63,971 nt of DNA, filler included, from Sphacelaria rigidula (GCA_964200075.2; 7 parts of 7 records of this genome joined end to end with filler, not necessarily neighbours in it); one strand, 5' to 3'. Shown: positions 13,301-27,200, counted from the first letter of the whole stretch. The notes: generated from the letters alone by a model not told the origin. Program-made: numbers and translations.

Positions 13301-16300
13301 AATGGGTAGAATATTTACGACCGTACCCAATGAGCCCAAACCCTGGGTAGAGTAAATACCCGGGTATTTTACCCGAGTAATCAAAAGTGCATACCCCACC
13401 CAACCTGCCCTTGCACCATTTCGTTTTTCTTGATTCTAGAGTCCATGTTCTCGCTGATATCTCTTGGCTTGCGTTTCGCTGGACATTAGGGCGCGTTCTT
13501 TTTCTGTTTCTGCTTGCCTTCCCCGTTCTAGGCCAAACTTCGGCCAGGTATACCTGATCCAGGATTTATTTTCCAATCGTACCTTATCTGGGCCACCAGT
13601 CGGCCCAGAAAGTACCTGTCCTGGGCAACCGCTTCCCAGACTGTACCTGATACGGCACACTGCGCGCAAGGGCATCTACGCACCAACTCCAACCATGGCG
13701 CCCACATACTCGGCTCTTTTCCCGCTCATTTACCGTTCACGGACGCTACAAGGACCGCACCCCTTTCTCCCCGGATATAGTTCCCGAGTCTCTCCGTATC
13801 TACACAAGAACTGGACTCACACCTCACAACGCGTCGGTATTGTGCGCTTGCGGAGTGTTGGTGTTATGTAACATCGTGCCGTTGCGATCTGGGGCGTGAT
13901 CTGTCAGCGTACCGTCACCATGCCATCACCAGGAACGGTCATGACATAAATGATGGTTGGTATAAGGAACGGATAAGAACCGTCACGCACATCTGAATAA
14001 AGGGACAACACAGTCATAGTGTTCAGCTCCAAACAGCAACATGCAATAAAAATAACCGCCCCGACACTAGACATGAAGCTGAGGACACCATCCGAACTTC
14101 TCGCTCGACATTGGTGATTGTCACGCCCGATCGAGATAGATGTTTGCGTGTGTGTTCCTGTTGGACGAACGGAAATAAAATTGATAATCGTTTGAAGGGA
14201 TAAAAAGTGGGGAAATTTACAAAGGTGGGGGAATGTACCGTGACGCCTGGCGTCATTATCTGGAAACCGCGTCAAAAATTACCACGACAGCGCGACACGA
14301 TCTGTCAACATCAACGTCGGTCACTACTGTACGATTCTGCACAACATGCACGAAGCGATCTTGGGCAATCGGCCGACTGTGACTGTGTACTTGTAATAGC
14401 TGTGTACTTGTACTAACTGCGTATTTGCAATAATGTCCGTTCCCCCAGAGAATGTGCGAGGCTCGGGATGGTTCGTACAACGTCCAGTTTGGAAGACGCT
14501 CGACGCAATTTTCTTCGCCAGTTAACAACGTATACTGAAAAATGAGGTCAAACGCTCAAATGGGGTTGAGGCCGCCTCCGAAAAGTCACATATTACGTGG
14601 AACAGCTTTGCAAAAACAACCAAGGGAGGATTTATCTCTCTGTAATAAACTTCCCCCAGCTTGCCTTGTCGCGCGTTGTTGTCAGGCGTCTAAAGCCATA
14701 CGTATCTCCTTCGCACATTCGAAACGGCTCTCACGAGGTGACTCACGAGGTGAGAAGACCATGCTTCCGTCGGCTTCCTTGGTATCGGGTATCGGGTATC
14801 GGGTATTATCATCAAAAACTATTCCGGAGTTTTTTTTTTAACTATCTCGAAATGGCATGATAGAGAACACTTTCACGAGAAGTCAAGTGCCGCCGTTGGT
14901 GTTTCGGAAAGAATCGCCGTCGCTGGAAACGTTTCATACGTGGAAACGTAGGAAATTTCATAGATGGGAAATTCCCTGCCCCTTGCGAATGATCCTAAGA
15001 CCCAAGAAAAGTCCGGCACCATTTTCTTCCAAGATGAGGGAATCCAATGAACAGCACCTCCCCTCACCTCGTGAGAGCCGTTTCGAGTGTACCAAAGGAG
15101 TTGTAGTCAGGGAGCAACATCGTTATCTGCCAACCGTCATTTCTTAGACTGCTCCTGCTCTTCATCAAACCCAACCGGTCTGATGAGAGCTCATCCAGTG
15201 CCCCTCCCATGGTTAACAATGCGCGACAAGGCAAGCTAGGGAAAATTCCAACAAACAAATAAAACCCTCAGCTGGTTGTTTTTGCAGAACTGTTTCACGT
15301 AACACGTCACGTTTCGGAAGGCGACCGCAGCCCCATCGGAGAGTTTCACCTCATTTTTCAGGAGCCGTTGTTAGCTATTCGGACTTTTTGCGGACATCGT
15401 GGTGCTAACATCGGCTAACATCCATATCAACAGGATCGTTGCCACTCGCAGCGACACCGCCCTCGTTACCTCCGGCACCGTTACAGTCTGCACTGTCGGT
15501 CCCTTGGTTACTTTACATGTCCACATCGCTACCTTCGAGACTGTATCGGGGCTGTTGCTGCTGCTCGCACAATTGTGTCGTGTGCTGTGTGCGACCTTCG
15601 CGTCTGTGTGCATGTTGCGCGGGCTATCAGCACCTCCCAAAACGGTTGAAACATCATAACGGAACGCCAATTGAAACATGACCGTCACGTACGGGAAACG
15701 CTCCGGAGTATGACAAATGTACCGGCGAAAATAATCGATCGACCGAAAGGTAAACCGGTCAGTCACTCCCTTTTACCCGTCAGATGAAAATTACCAGTGT
15801 CAGAGGCAGCCAGTTCATATATTTCAAATCGCCTGCGCTGCAAGGGACATACTGTACATGTGCATGGGTTGGCTCTTTAGCTCTCATCTTTAATGGTCTC
15901 CAATTTTCAATCAGCTATCAGCTATCAGGTGTTTCCAGCTATTTCTGTGTGCTACAGAGTGATACTGAGTAGAGGATCTCGCGTTGTTGCTTGTCGCACG
16001 GCCGGGGTAGGGGTAGGGGTAGGGGTAGGGGTAGGGGTAGCATGCGATTCTCTGGACGTGTTGCTTCAAAATTTCATCGCCTGACGTGTGTTTTGAGCAC
16101 CTTGTACGAGCTCTAAAGGAGGTATTACGTCCGCATAAGAAAGAAGGGACATGGATCATGATCAATGAGAAAAGTTGTGCAGTTTTGTCCGCTTCAGTGG
16201 ACCAGTAGACCGCGGGAGGTGACGATTCATGGCACCAGCAGGTATTGCTCGAAAGCTGTACCTTCAAAGGCTTTCCGCCCTCAATTTAGCCGTCATCTCT

Positions 16301-17182
16301 GCTACTGTATCACGTACTTCCTTCTTGGCCTCGCCGAAACTGCCGACACCGGTTACCGTCAAGTTATTGTTCCAATATATGAGATCGCACGTTCCGCAGA
16401 CAACCAACCGAAACGAAATCGTGAAAGATCGGAGCGTAGCGGGATCTGCGGTTCGTGGAACGGGTACGAATGTGAACAATCTAGGCTGATGTGAGGGCAA
16501 CTGTGAACCGATCGATGCAAGCAAATATGTCAGTCACGGAGATTGAGATTTAAGCTTGGGGCAACGAGGGAAGATGGTGCGGCAGCCTAGTTTCAACTCC
16601 TTCTTTTTTTTCCACCCACCCACCCTGGGTATGTTCAGGCGTATGGTTATGTCCATGCTTGAGCTTGGTTAGGGTATGTTTGCATCACATCGTGATTCAC
16701 GATCGGGATAAAATAATACGCGTCACATTTGATTTTTATATTAAAAACAAATATTCCACATTCATGGGAGGAGCAAAAAATAGAAACCCTTGCGCTGGAA
16801 AGCCGTTGACGAGAACTTTCATTCCATCAACAAGTTTCGACGGCATTGACTTCACCCTACTAGAGATTAAACCAAAGCGCTCCTTGAAGTATAACAGGTT
16901 ACATCTTACAAACGCCCCAGACACAGCGTGCACACTATGCACAGTGCACCCAAACGAAACGAGAGCACAGCTGTCGTCAGCGATAACCAGATACCCCAGC
17001 GTATCGTCGTATCGGCGTATGAGTGTATCAGTGTACTAGCCCAGCAAACCAAAGTCTCGCTCACCGATTTTCCTTGACGGTGAGCATGTCATTTGCCCCG
17101 CCTGCGAAGTAGTCGAACTCTCCTTTTTTCATGATCAGTTCAGCATGGCGCTCGTATTCCGCAAGATTAAGCGGCTTCCAAC
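10301..17182 (-). CDS. FMN-dependent (S)-2-hydroxy-acid oxidase / glycolate oxidase family protein, partial (N-terminal half, 4 exons)
   Basis: Phase-consistent exons: 17182-17065 (WKPLNLAEYERHAELIMKKGEFDYFAGGANDMLTVKENR), 12010-11892 (AAYNRLRLRPRILRDVANVNIKVTILGEKLSSPIAIAPT), 11255-11062 or -11053 (AEHRAAHGGDGEEATARAAKTTNTLMTVSLSATTSLEDI...RWLQLSLSSLK), 10507-10301 (TRSIIAQTVERATAAGYTALVVSGDRPVLGRREADVRN...). These are colinear with plant GOX/HAO motifs (DYYASGA, ENR, RPRIL, PIMIAPTA, GEYATARAA, LGRRE). The start exon and the C-terminal exons (SNHGxR) were not found on this contig (9155-18208). Confidence 0.92.
12933..13412. repeat. Degenerate ~41-bp palindromic tandem repeat (TACCCAAATTTGGGTAGAGTATTTGAG), probably the interior of a MITE, in an oxidase intron
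   Basis: About eight imperfect units, bounded by GGGTAGGGTAT and ATACCCCACC. Confidence 0.6.
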
Positions 17183-18153
17183 CTGTCCGCACGCTGTTCG
17201 TCAGTCATCCTCACACTCACTGCTTTTGACGAAAATGTCACAGATACCAAGTATTCAAGAAACTACCAGTCCCAAATAGTCGCCATTGTGCACAGCACCA
17301 AGTTTCTCTCAAGTTTCTCTGATGCCGAGGCCTGCGGTGCCGATCTGCGCCGTGCAAATGCAAACTAGGGCTTCTCGGCCTGTCTACCTTGGTTGGTAAG
17401 GCGTGCGTCGCTAGAGTACTGTGATTAATGCAGTTGGGCCGTGTCTTGTCGGAAAACAATAATCCCAATCCTAATCTCAATCACAATCCTAATTTCGCCC
17501 GAGAACTGGTCGCTGCGATTCCACCTCCCACACACAACGGGTGCGATATACTTCATAGTGATTTGATGAACTCCAAAAGTACAGTACAAATCGAAATGAC
17601 GACGGGCTGTTATTAGTGTTAGATCACATTTGTTGGCAGGGGAACAAAACGGTTGCGACTACCGACGGCGCATGTACACATGTGGTACAGACCTAGAGCA
17701 CAAGCGCTTAGAGCCGTGGCTGGTTCTCGCCACCACACGAGACGTCGTTGCTCAAGCACTTAAATAGGTACTTTTGAGTTGAGTACTATGCAAAACTCTT
17801 GGTTCGAATCCATTCTTCAATTTTTACCATCGGCTAAAATGTAACCACTTCACCAGACCCTCCTTACTATAACACGCACAAACGATCAAGAACTGCGTCT
17901 TTGGAAAAATTTCAGCGCGAACACCACTGCCCCTAACCCGGTCGGTGCTATTGCTATTGCTATGGAGGTTTGCCCTACATTGCTGAACCACTTGGGCCGT
18001 TGAGGAGCGGCAGCATTTGGTCACGGCAGTTGATGCATGAAGTTCTCCGCACACATGTTCCACGACTAGTGGAAGTGTGCATCCTCATGACATGATCCTG
18101 CATGACATGACAAAAGTATTTTGCATGTCCAACTGTCAGACCGGCTATTTGTC

Positions 18154-18208
<55 letters not shown>

Positions 18209-18884
18209 NNNNNNNNNNNNNNNNNNNNNNNNNNNNNNNNNNNNNNNNNNNNTTAATTAATTAANNNNNNNNNNNNNNNNNNNNNNNNNNNNNNNNNNNN
18301 NNNNNNNNACGGCCCAACTCGTCTGTGTCGATGAGATATTGCTTTTAGAGCTTGAATCCGTTTTTAGGCTGGCCCAGCTCGTACTCAACCGTCAAAAGGT
18401 TACGCGGTTACTGTGTGTGTGTGTAGGTACGAGCTGGGCCAGCCTAAAAACGGATTTAAGCTCTAAAGGCAATATGTCATCGACATGGACGAATTGGCCC
18501 CTGATCCGCATATCGTGGTGATCGTCTAATCAAGGGGAATATGCCCATCGGCTCAACAATCTGGGGGCAATTTTTCTCTTTGATTAAACCCCACATCTAG
18601 TAGTTCCTATACCGTACGGAGATAGCGTCCACCCTAAAATCTATACGAAACCCCGAACGATGAATCGAGTGGATGATGACCATTTTTGGTGTGGAGCTTC
18701 CCTGAAGCACGGGGAGACAACAGATACCCTCGCCTTCACCTAATTCGTAACCTATCTCGAGATATGGCGCATATAAGTGTCCATACTATAATCAATATAT
18801 TACGAGAGGCGCTAGATGCCCTAAATCTGGATATCGCGTCTCAGTTTTCGAGAGTTGCGCTGTAAAATTTGGTATGAAGAACCG

Positions 18885-19298
18885 CCAGTATGGAAGGGAT
18901 AAGCCCCTTCATAGGTTCTACAAGTCGTTGGTCTCATCTTCGGCAGTTTGGTGCGGAGTACACACCGGGTTGTGTCGTGTGTGGGCGAGCCAGCTGGGCT
19001 GAATTTGCATAGCAAAGATGCCCCAGTCGGCGATTGCTGCAACAGTCGCCGCCTCGGCATCCTGGGATGCCGTACGATTTTTTTTTTTTCATGAGGCGGC
19101 CAAGCAATTGCAGGCCGCACTCCACGATCACCAACGCTTGCGTGTTGATCAGTCGACACCAGTATGGAAGGGATAAGCCCCTTAATAGGTTCTACAAGAC
19201 GTTAGTCTCTTTTGCGGCAGTTTGGTGCGGAGTACACACCGGGTTGTGTCATGTGTGGGCGAGCCAGCTGGGCTGAATTTGCATAGCAAAGATGCCCC
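18885..19298. repeat. ~140-bp direct repeat pair (18885-19024, 19159-19298) inside the TA-flanked element
   Basis: CCAGTATGGAAGGGATAAGCCCCTT...GAATTTGCATAGCAAAGATGCCCC occurs twice. Confidence 0.9.
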
Positions 19299-21407
19299 GC
19301 GTTCATCCGAGGAATGTTCCTTCCGGGGTATTCCTCCGAGGTATCCCTCCGAGGTTTTCCAGGAACGGTTCTGACTCTATGTGTAACCCCGGCCATAACA
19401 ACGGTTCTGGACGGCCATCTGACGTCACTCTACCTGTCAATCTATGGTGGCATTTACACTGGTGCATTATGAAATAAAAAAATAAAACCAAAGTTTTCAC
19501 TTTTTTTTCATTTTCTTCGTTTTTTTCGTGTTTTTAGGGGAGTTTTGAGGACCAACGAACATGAACATTGCTTTTAGGCCTTCTCTCAATTTTGAAGCTC
19601 AATTTTTCAAATTTTGGTTCGAAACTTGGGCTACTTCCCATGTATAAAAAACACGTCATCGTGAAAGCCCTTTTTTCAACAACACGTTTTTCAACAGAAT
19701 TTTTTTCAGTAACCCTTCTTACGTGATCGACGCACTATCAACGTTGAAAACGCAGTGCTCATCGTTTTCTATGAGGTGTGCAGGCATACTTTCAAATTCT
19801 GGGACGCGGGAGAGAGACGCAGCACTCTGCTGTCCTATCGTGGCGTACGATCCGTACTGACTGTACTACTGTGATACGTTGCCTGAGCAATACATGGTGG
19901 GCTGCGTGACGCAAGACCATCAATAAGAACACCGCCTTGCTGTACCAACACAGTGTATAAGTGACGGTTGTGCTTTTCCGCTGCACGGTAGTACTTGACT
20001 GAAAGGAAAGCACGTACAATAGTACACACAACAGTGCTGTATTGCATGCATCGGCTGTAGTGCTACTGTTGTAGTACTGTTCATAGTCTTGTGTGTACTG
20101 TCAGTACGGTCCTGTAGCTACAAGGCTTGGGTGCGTAGGTAACCTGTAGTGCAAAGCGACATCTGTTCGAAACACGCTGCATGCACAGGCCTCAACTGAG
20201 CTGCACGTTCGCTGCATTGTAGTACTCGGTTGTACGGCCAGCACAGACCACAGTACGGACCCCGCTATCGTGTTGTACGCGTTGGATGTACTACAGTAGT
20301 AGCACCACCTATCTCATAGTCTTGTGTGTACTGTCAGCCCGATCTTTTCTCTACAAGGCTTGGGTGCGAGGGCAGTCTGTAAAGCATTGCGACGGCTGTT
20401 CGCAACACGCTGCGTGTACAGGCATGAACTGAGCTACAGTATTGTACGGACGACATACAGCACAGACTGTCCTGTTTGTACAGCAGTCATCTACCCTGAC
20501 CTCTGCTATTTTGATGGGGTGAGGGGCCACCACGCTACTGGCGAGCGAAGGACAACGATGCAACACGCTGAATGCCCGCGAGCACCAGCGATAGCAGTAG
20601 CGGTGATGGCAGCCAAGCCATTACAGGTGCTGCCGTGGGCTGTAAATGTGCGTTCCAACGAGGTTCAAACGCTTTTTCGATGACATTCTCGATAGCCCGA
20701 GGTTATCGGAAAATCCTGATTATCTGATAACTTCGGGCTATCGGAAAATGTTCTCAGAAAAAGTTCTATCGAAAAACGCGTTTTCTGATCACATAATGAG
20801 GGGGGTTTTGGCCATTTATCAGAAAACGCGTTTTCTGATGGAGGTTTTTTTATACATGGGAAGTAGCCTGAGGCCGGATGTTATGGCGAAACGATTTTTG
20901 GCCCACGGATTGTTCACTTTTGGGACATTTGAGACATTTTTTTACCCAAACAGGGAAACTCGTCAACACACGTCGTGAACACTTTGCATCACCCCACAAA
21001 GAGGAGCCTGGTCTGCTTTTCAGATTCGCTTGGCTCCGAGGTTTCGAGATTGGCCGTAAAACAAAATTCGTGTGCAAAAATCTGTGCTTGCCGACCCCCG
21101 CCAGTTTGCCTCAGCATGAAGAACGACAGAGGTATGCTGAAAGAAGAAAAGGTCTTCATTTGTTTTGTTTTGTTTTGTTTTTTTTGGGGGGGGGGGATTC
21201 GGGCGTTCTCGTCAAAAAATGGTCGTTACCATACTATAACGCCCTAAACCAGCGAAATAAAAAAATCGAAACCATCGTTATCCATTTTTCTTGGTTGATC
21301 ATGACATAGCGAGGTCCCGCACAAAGTTTCAATACACAAACACCAAACGTGGGCCGATCAACGGCCTGCACTATGCTTTTCCAAATTTTCGCCGGCCCGA
21401 TTTTGAA

Positions 21408-21698
21408 CAGGCGAATTCGCAATTTTTTACTTAGAGTTGGACAGTGAAATTTGGTACGGACAATCAACAGGGCATGAAGAAAAGCTGTCTGTGGGGTCCC
21501 GAAGTTTTTTCGGGTTTTTCCATGAGTTGAGGGCAATAATCAGTTTTAATCAGTCTTGAGGTTTTAGTAAAATCCCTGGACTCATGTAAAAAACAAAAAA
21601 AAATTCGGGACCCACAGACAGCTTTTCTTCATGCCCTGTTGATTGTCCACACCAAATTTCGCTGTCCGACTCTGAGTAAAAAACTGCGAATTCGCCTG
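21408..21698. mobile_element. Palindromic MITE with ~100-bp inverted arms
   Basis: CAGGCGAATTCGCA...CAATCAACAGGGCATGAAGAAAAGCTGTCTGTGGG is mirrored by CCCACAGACAGCTTTTCTTCATGCCCTGTTGATTG...TGCGAATTCGCCTG. Confidence 0.8.
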
Positions 21699-23944
21699 CA
21701 AACTACAAATCCGCTTCTAGGCTGGCCCAGCCTCTACCCTCTTTGGATTTCCCTCGACGACGACATGCGCGGACCCTTGAATTCTTCAATTCTTCCCCAG
21801 CCCGGTACGTCCTAGCAGCCGCACCCCTCTAGCCCTACATGGCAGTAGTATGCTTTCGGCGGGGCGTAAAGTCGCCACCATCTGGACCTTAGCTTCTTGT
21901 TCACAGTTGAGCAATAATTCGATATATATACACCTAGCCCTTGCCTAGCCGAACTGTGGAAGAACACCCTCTGATTCCGCTCGTGTCGCATTATGTTTGG
22001 GTCCGTGGTCACATTACACATTGTGTTGATTCCCGCAGTTGCCACGGGGTATACGTCGCGGTTTGCTTTATGCGGTGCAGTGAGGCCCACGAGCAAAGGT
22101 TGTACTGAGTTTTTCCTAACCATTGTCCGCTCGGGGAGGTTTCTCACAACATCAGCGATTTGACACATTGATTGATTCGATTGATTGTCGCACTTTAACT
22201 GACCCCCCAGGGGTCCAGCCGCGGTCTCATGATGGACATATAAAAAAAGGGAAAAATTGACGAAAATCGCCCGGAATGAACCACAAGGTAATTGACAACC
22301 ACCGCTTGAGCCCAACCCGTCGTATATTTTTTGTCTACGAGCCCGCTTTTTTGTATCCACAAATTAAAAATCTGTGTGGGAAGCGCCGTTTTGATCCATC
22401 CGCGACGTATTTGTCCCGAGAAGAGCGGTTAGTGAATTCGACCACCACGGAAGGACCGTCTCCACTATCCGAGATTATTCCGGGACACCTTTCGCGCTTC
22501 CCGGTGCATGCAGTTTTACCTCGGAGAAGATAAGGCTCATCACGAATGCGCCGATTGCCAGCAAACGCGCGGGACCGTACCCAAAGAGATGAGATATTTT
22601 CTGGACTTTGAAGCGTTTATTCGAGATTTATTAGTCTGACCGAACGTTAACATGCGGCCACCGAAAGCCCAACGGTGCCCCCCCCCGGAAGCCTCTCAAG
22701 GAGTAGAGCAAGTCGTTCCCAAGGTGTCAGAATCCGCTTCACCCTGTTCTCGAGCGAAAGACGTTACGGAAGGGTGAAGGAAAGAAAAATGACATGTTGA
22801 ATATTTTTTCTATCGGTATTGCAATAAGTTTCGTCACTTGTGTTTACGTACTGGTATAAACACAAGTCCAGTGCAGCACATTCACTTCCTTGCTCCATTC
22901 CTTTATCCGTCCCCTCCCAAACTTCACCATATATATATATATATATAATATGTACATGTATCACTTCCCTTTTTGACCACTTTTGCCGAGTTTCCTCAGG
23001 CGGCAAGGCATCTTATCACGCGGTTTCTTTTGCAGTGCACGAACAATGTGCAGCGGTACATTACCTTTCAGGTTTGGGTGTCATCTGATACCTGTGGCGC
23101 GTGTTCTGGCCATCGGAAGTCGCCCGCACTGGCTCTTTTTTGCGGGGTGTCGATCCCGAACCACAAAAGCCTCGTCATGGAAAACTTCAAACAAGAACCA
23201 GAACCACAAAAGGCTGTTCATGGCGGGGTATTTCTTTGCGTTCTCGTTCATTCGGGAGCACGAAGACAGCGGTTGTGTAGCGATTGTCACAAGAACATGA
23301 AAGCAAAGCAGTTGAAAACAATTGAACAGTGCCTTGGCCTTACCTTAGTCACCACCAATACCAACACCGTGCAATGAGCTGTTGGCGACTTGAACAAGGC
23401 ACACACGTGGGCAAACGTCCTCCCTGTCGGTCAGCTGTGCTTGACAAGCGCAGAGGGGTGACCAAATCCCTGTGATCATGCAACCCGTAACAGAGAGTTC
23501 CCTCAAAGGATGCACCTGTGTGAAGTACCGGCGCAGGAATGTCCTTGTGACAAGGATGCATCCCTGTACAAGTACTTCACTGAGGGGACTTGAAGAAATA
23601 TACATACACAATGGTTGGTACTATGGAGATGCCACCAACCCTAACGCTAACCCTAGCACTAACATCGACCAAGACATACCGAGAACTCTCGGGCAAGGGG
23701 GGTGCAGTTTCGTAGCTAAAGCGTGCGTTACGAGAAGTCGAGTCGATGCCTTTCGAGAGCTCAAATCGACGCCTTTGAGCCGATTTTGGACCAAAACACG
23801 TTCTGGACGACCTGGTTCTACTGCTCACCACTGCTCACCTTCCCCAAATCATGATTTTTCTCAAAACTTTCTTTAGCCTGAAACCAAGTCAAATCGAGTA
23901 CCAATCGTTGTTTATGTACATTTCTTTAGGCCCACCAGTGTCGC

Positions 23945-24210
23945 ACTACAGGCGAATGCATATATGCATGCGCAGATGTATAAACTTAGACATGTTGGGC
24001 GACTGGACGGCCGACGCGGTAGCAAACTGGCACTGGTCTTTACTGCGGTCCCTCCTGGATCATAACCATCTGTAGTGCACCGATCGGCATACAGTCTGTT
24101 GAGCTGCAGACTTCATGACGCACGACCCTAAGCGCGCTGCTACGCGAGGCGCTGGAACATCGCTCATAGGCTGTGCAAACCACAGTCAACAGTTCCACGT
24201 CGCTATATCT
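23945..24210. repeat. Dispersed repeat shared with 27890-28160
   Basis: GAATGCATATAT...GCGCAGATG...GGTAGCAAA...CTGGATCAT...TTCATGACGCACG...CAACAGTTCCAC occurs in both contigs. Confidence 0.75.
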
Positions 24211-27200
24211 GGTGCTGTGCGCTGCAGCAGTGCGCACTAGAGGGCAAAACGATGAAACATTGTTCCGAATTTTTATTTTTGCCTTTGGCGCAACACTGAC
24301 TTCACAGGATCATCTCTGTCTTGGTGCTTCGCAGGTTAATAACTGTGAGTTAGCCCGCTGTTTCGGTAAGGGCCTCGCGGAGGGATATTTCGGAACTGAA
24401 ACGATTAAATCACTAAATGACCGCTTTTCCTTCTCAACCGTATCCTCTACTCTCAATCTCACGAAAACATCGTTCTATGTAATTGGAGGCTCCCTCAGCA
24501 GTTGTGTTTGTTTGTCCACGTCTGTTTATTTTTCACGGAGGGCAATATATACTTGCTCGATCGAAGCGGACAAAGCGATGACTCGCGCGCTTTTTCTCCC
24601 TTCATTCAACTCATGTGTATTATGTACATGTATCATTTCACATGTTCACCACTTTTGCCGAGTTTTTTTCTCTGCCAGCAAGGCATTTTTCCCCACGCTT
24701 TTTTTTGCAGGGCACCGAAAAGGCATACTCGTACAAAGGATATTTTATACTTTCGACTTGCGTCACCCCCGGGAGGCCCGTACCAACCTCCCGAAGGGGA
24801 ACCTTGTATATATATATATATATATATAATGTGTTCACGTGTGTGTGTGTGTGCTTTCAACCCATCCCCTTCCTAAAGACGAGTTTGTAAGCTTAATCAA
24901 GGGAATAGTCCATATTTCCACGGTACATCACCTGATAGGTTGGTTTCGCGGACTAGATCGGCACTCCCCCGCCGCGTTTTATCTCCATTCACACCACCGG
25001 TGTGTTTCTCCTTGTAGCCTGCCCGATCTGTTGAATAAACTAACCGCTGCCAACATGATTATGTTCCCTCTGGTACGTTACTTCCACGCCGATTGATTTC
25101 TCTTCCCCCCGCGTGCTCCGTTTCGAAAGAGGATGCGTGGTCAATGGCCAAACGACTCGGGCAAGCAACAAATGAGTACGCCCCCCCGCGCGCGCGATTT
25201 CCATGTTTGTAGGTAACTGTCGCCAATTACACAGACGTCAAATATTGCCAAACTCTGTGTACGTTGCAACAAAAAAACATGTACTGAAAGCAATACTGTG
25301 AAACTCAAGCGCTGTAAATGTCATTTGAAATGACAAGTTATTCATACGTGAATCCATCTCGCGTACACACTTCCGCTGATACCAGCGCATCAAGAGCGAA
25401 GACGCTCCCCTGTGTATATATGGCTGTTGTCTTGCCTCACTGGATAATCGCCGTCTTGTACCCCCTTGAAAGCGCATGCCTTCTCCCTGTGTACCAAGTT
25501 GCGAACCTGTCATAATTATTATCAATACTCCGCCACTTGTGCGCGCATGTAGAAAAATATGTTTGACATTCCGTTTTCTGCAAAAACTCTTATCTGCACG
25601 TACGTACCGTACTCAGATACTACACCTACACTAGAATATGGTGGTTGCAAAACCCCGTCACCCCCCAAGAAACATCCTTTACATGGATCTCATGTTTTTT
25701 GCGTAGACCCACCTACCGCACTCACCTTGTATCTGCCATTCTCCGGCGCAGAGCTTACAGCAGCATGTGTACCCATCACCTAGCATGACAAACCGTGCCA
25801 AAAGTATGTGCACTTCCTGTGCTATGCCTTGTTCTTGGCTTTGCCCCGCCTCCCTACAAGCGAAGTGTCCGGAGGTACGAGAGGAGTGCATTCAACCACG
25901 TTCAGATCATAATCTCACGGGGGAGGGAAGGTGGTTCACGAAGTCAAAATGCGGGATGTGCGACACGCCTTGGGCTCTAATTATGTAAAGGATCGATCGA
26001 GGGAAGTATCATCAGGAATTCGTTGGCAATACTGCGCGGATCTGGCGGAGGCTCTTCTGTGATGGCCTCCTGCATTTCATCTCAGGATGATTGCTGCATC
26101 ATTGAAAAGTTTCAACCTCTCCACAAACACACCCTTGCCGCTGCCTTGCCGCTGCCTTGCCGCTGCTGCGTTCTTGTCTTCGGTCTGGAACAGCCTGCGT
26201 ATCACTCGAAGCAGAACGACTCCCCCGCGGAGGTGGCGTGCGGGTGTGCCATGTTACCGTTGCAGACGACAGTTAGGGGACCTGCGCCGCCCGCGGAGCC
26301 AGGCATGCACAGTACTCTTGGTCGGATGTTTTGTAGTAGCTTGGGCCCTACGCCCGTTCCCACAACGTGTCCGTAGTCTCGAGGATCAAGGAAGCCATAT
26401 CTCCCCTTGTCGACAAGCCATACCTCCCCTGGTATGCATGTGCTTGCCTTGCACATCAGTCCTGCACTGAACCAACAATTCCACACCTCGGCGGCCTTCA
26501 TTTTTGTTTACAACCCTCCTCCGTCCTCACGTCTTCGGACGACGGGGACTAGAAATACATGGGAAAAAAAAACACTCCGAGTAAACGACCTTTTGCTACT
26601 GCTGGGAGTCGAAAATTACGAAAAGTCATGCGCCCAAGCTAGCGATGCTGTGCCAGGTTGAGTACTGAAGATGCACCGCCTATGTGTGAAAAACAAACAC
26701 GTACAAGGCACCATATAACCAACATGGTGTGCGGATACGAGGTTACGGGTCGGTGAAGTGCGGAGATTCTTTTTTTATTTAGAATACATGGGTCCAATGA
26801 TGGCTGGCATAAATAAGCGGTGAAGTCAAAAACGTTTCGGCTGTTCGCAAGTAGCACTGAACGGGTCAGAAGTTCAAGGTGTTGCTGCATCGGTTGATTG
26901 GTTGGTTGATTGATTGATTATCGCACGTTCATCATATTCCGACGAAGCCTTGTTGTGGCCACATGAAGAATGTACCCAAGGTAAGAGGAAATTGAACCGG
27001 AACACTCGCTGAAGGAAACTGACAGGAGAAATGGAGAAGACGAAGTAAGGAAAGAGAGAGAACGGAAGGAATAGAGATGAAAGGGATTGAAAGAAAGAAA
27101 CTGCGAATGTTCACTCATTTCATGTGGTGTCATGGCGTTGTAGAGGGGGGCAGGAGGAGGGGGGGCGCTCCCAACAAAGTGGGGGTCCCACTCGAATGCG

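Larger units (their letters stand above)
18430..21734. mobile_element. Non-autonomous TA-flanked TIR element (Tc1/mariner-type), ~3.3 kb
   Basis: The left end TA|CGAGCTGGGCCAGCCTAAAAACGGATTT matches the reverse complement of the right end AAATCCGCTTCTAGGCTGGCCCAGCCTC|TA. No transposase ORF is recognisable. Confidence 0.65.

Noticed and set aside
12933..13412. CRISPR-like palindromic repeats
   Set aside because: The units are degenerate and contiguous without unique spacers, there are no cas genes, and the block lies inside a eukaryotic intron.
16004..16039. Telomeric repeat
   Set aside because: (GGGGTA)6 is short, internal, intronic and not TTAGGG.
10301..17182. Oxidase as a truncated pseudogene
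   Set aside because: All four exons are intact and in phase; the missing parts are plausibly explained by the contig ends.
24173..24829. 218-aa ORF
   Set aside because: It overlaps dispersed repeats and a (TA)n tract, and has no recognisable domain or splice support.
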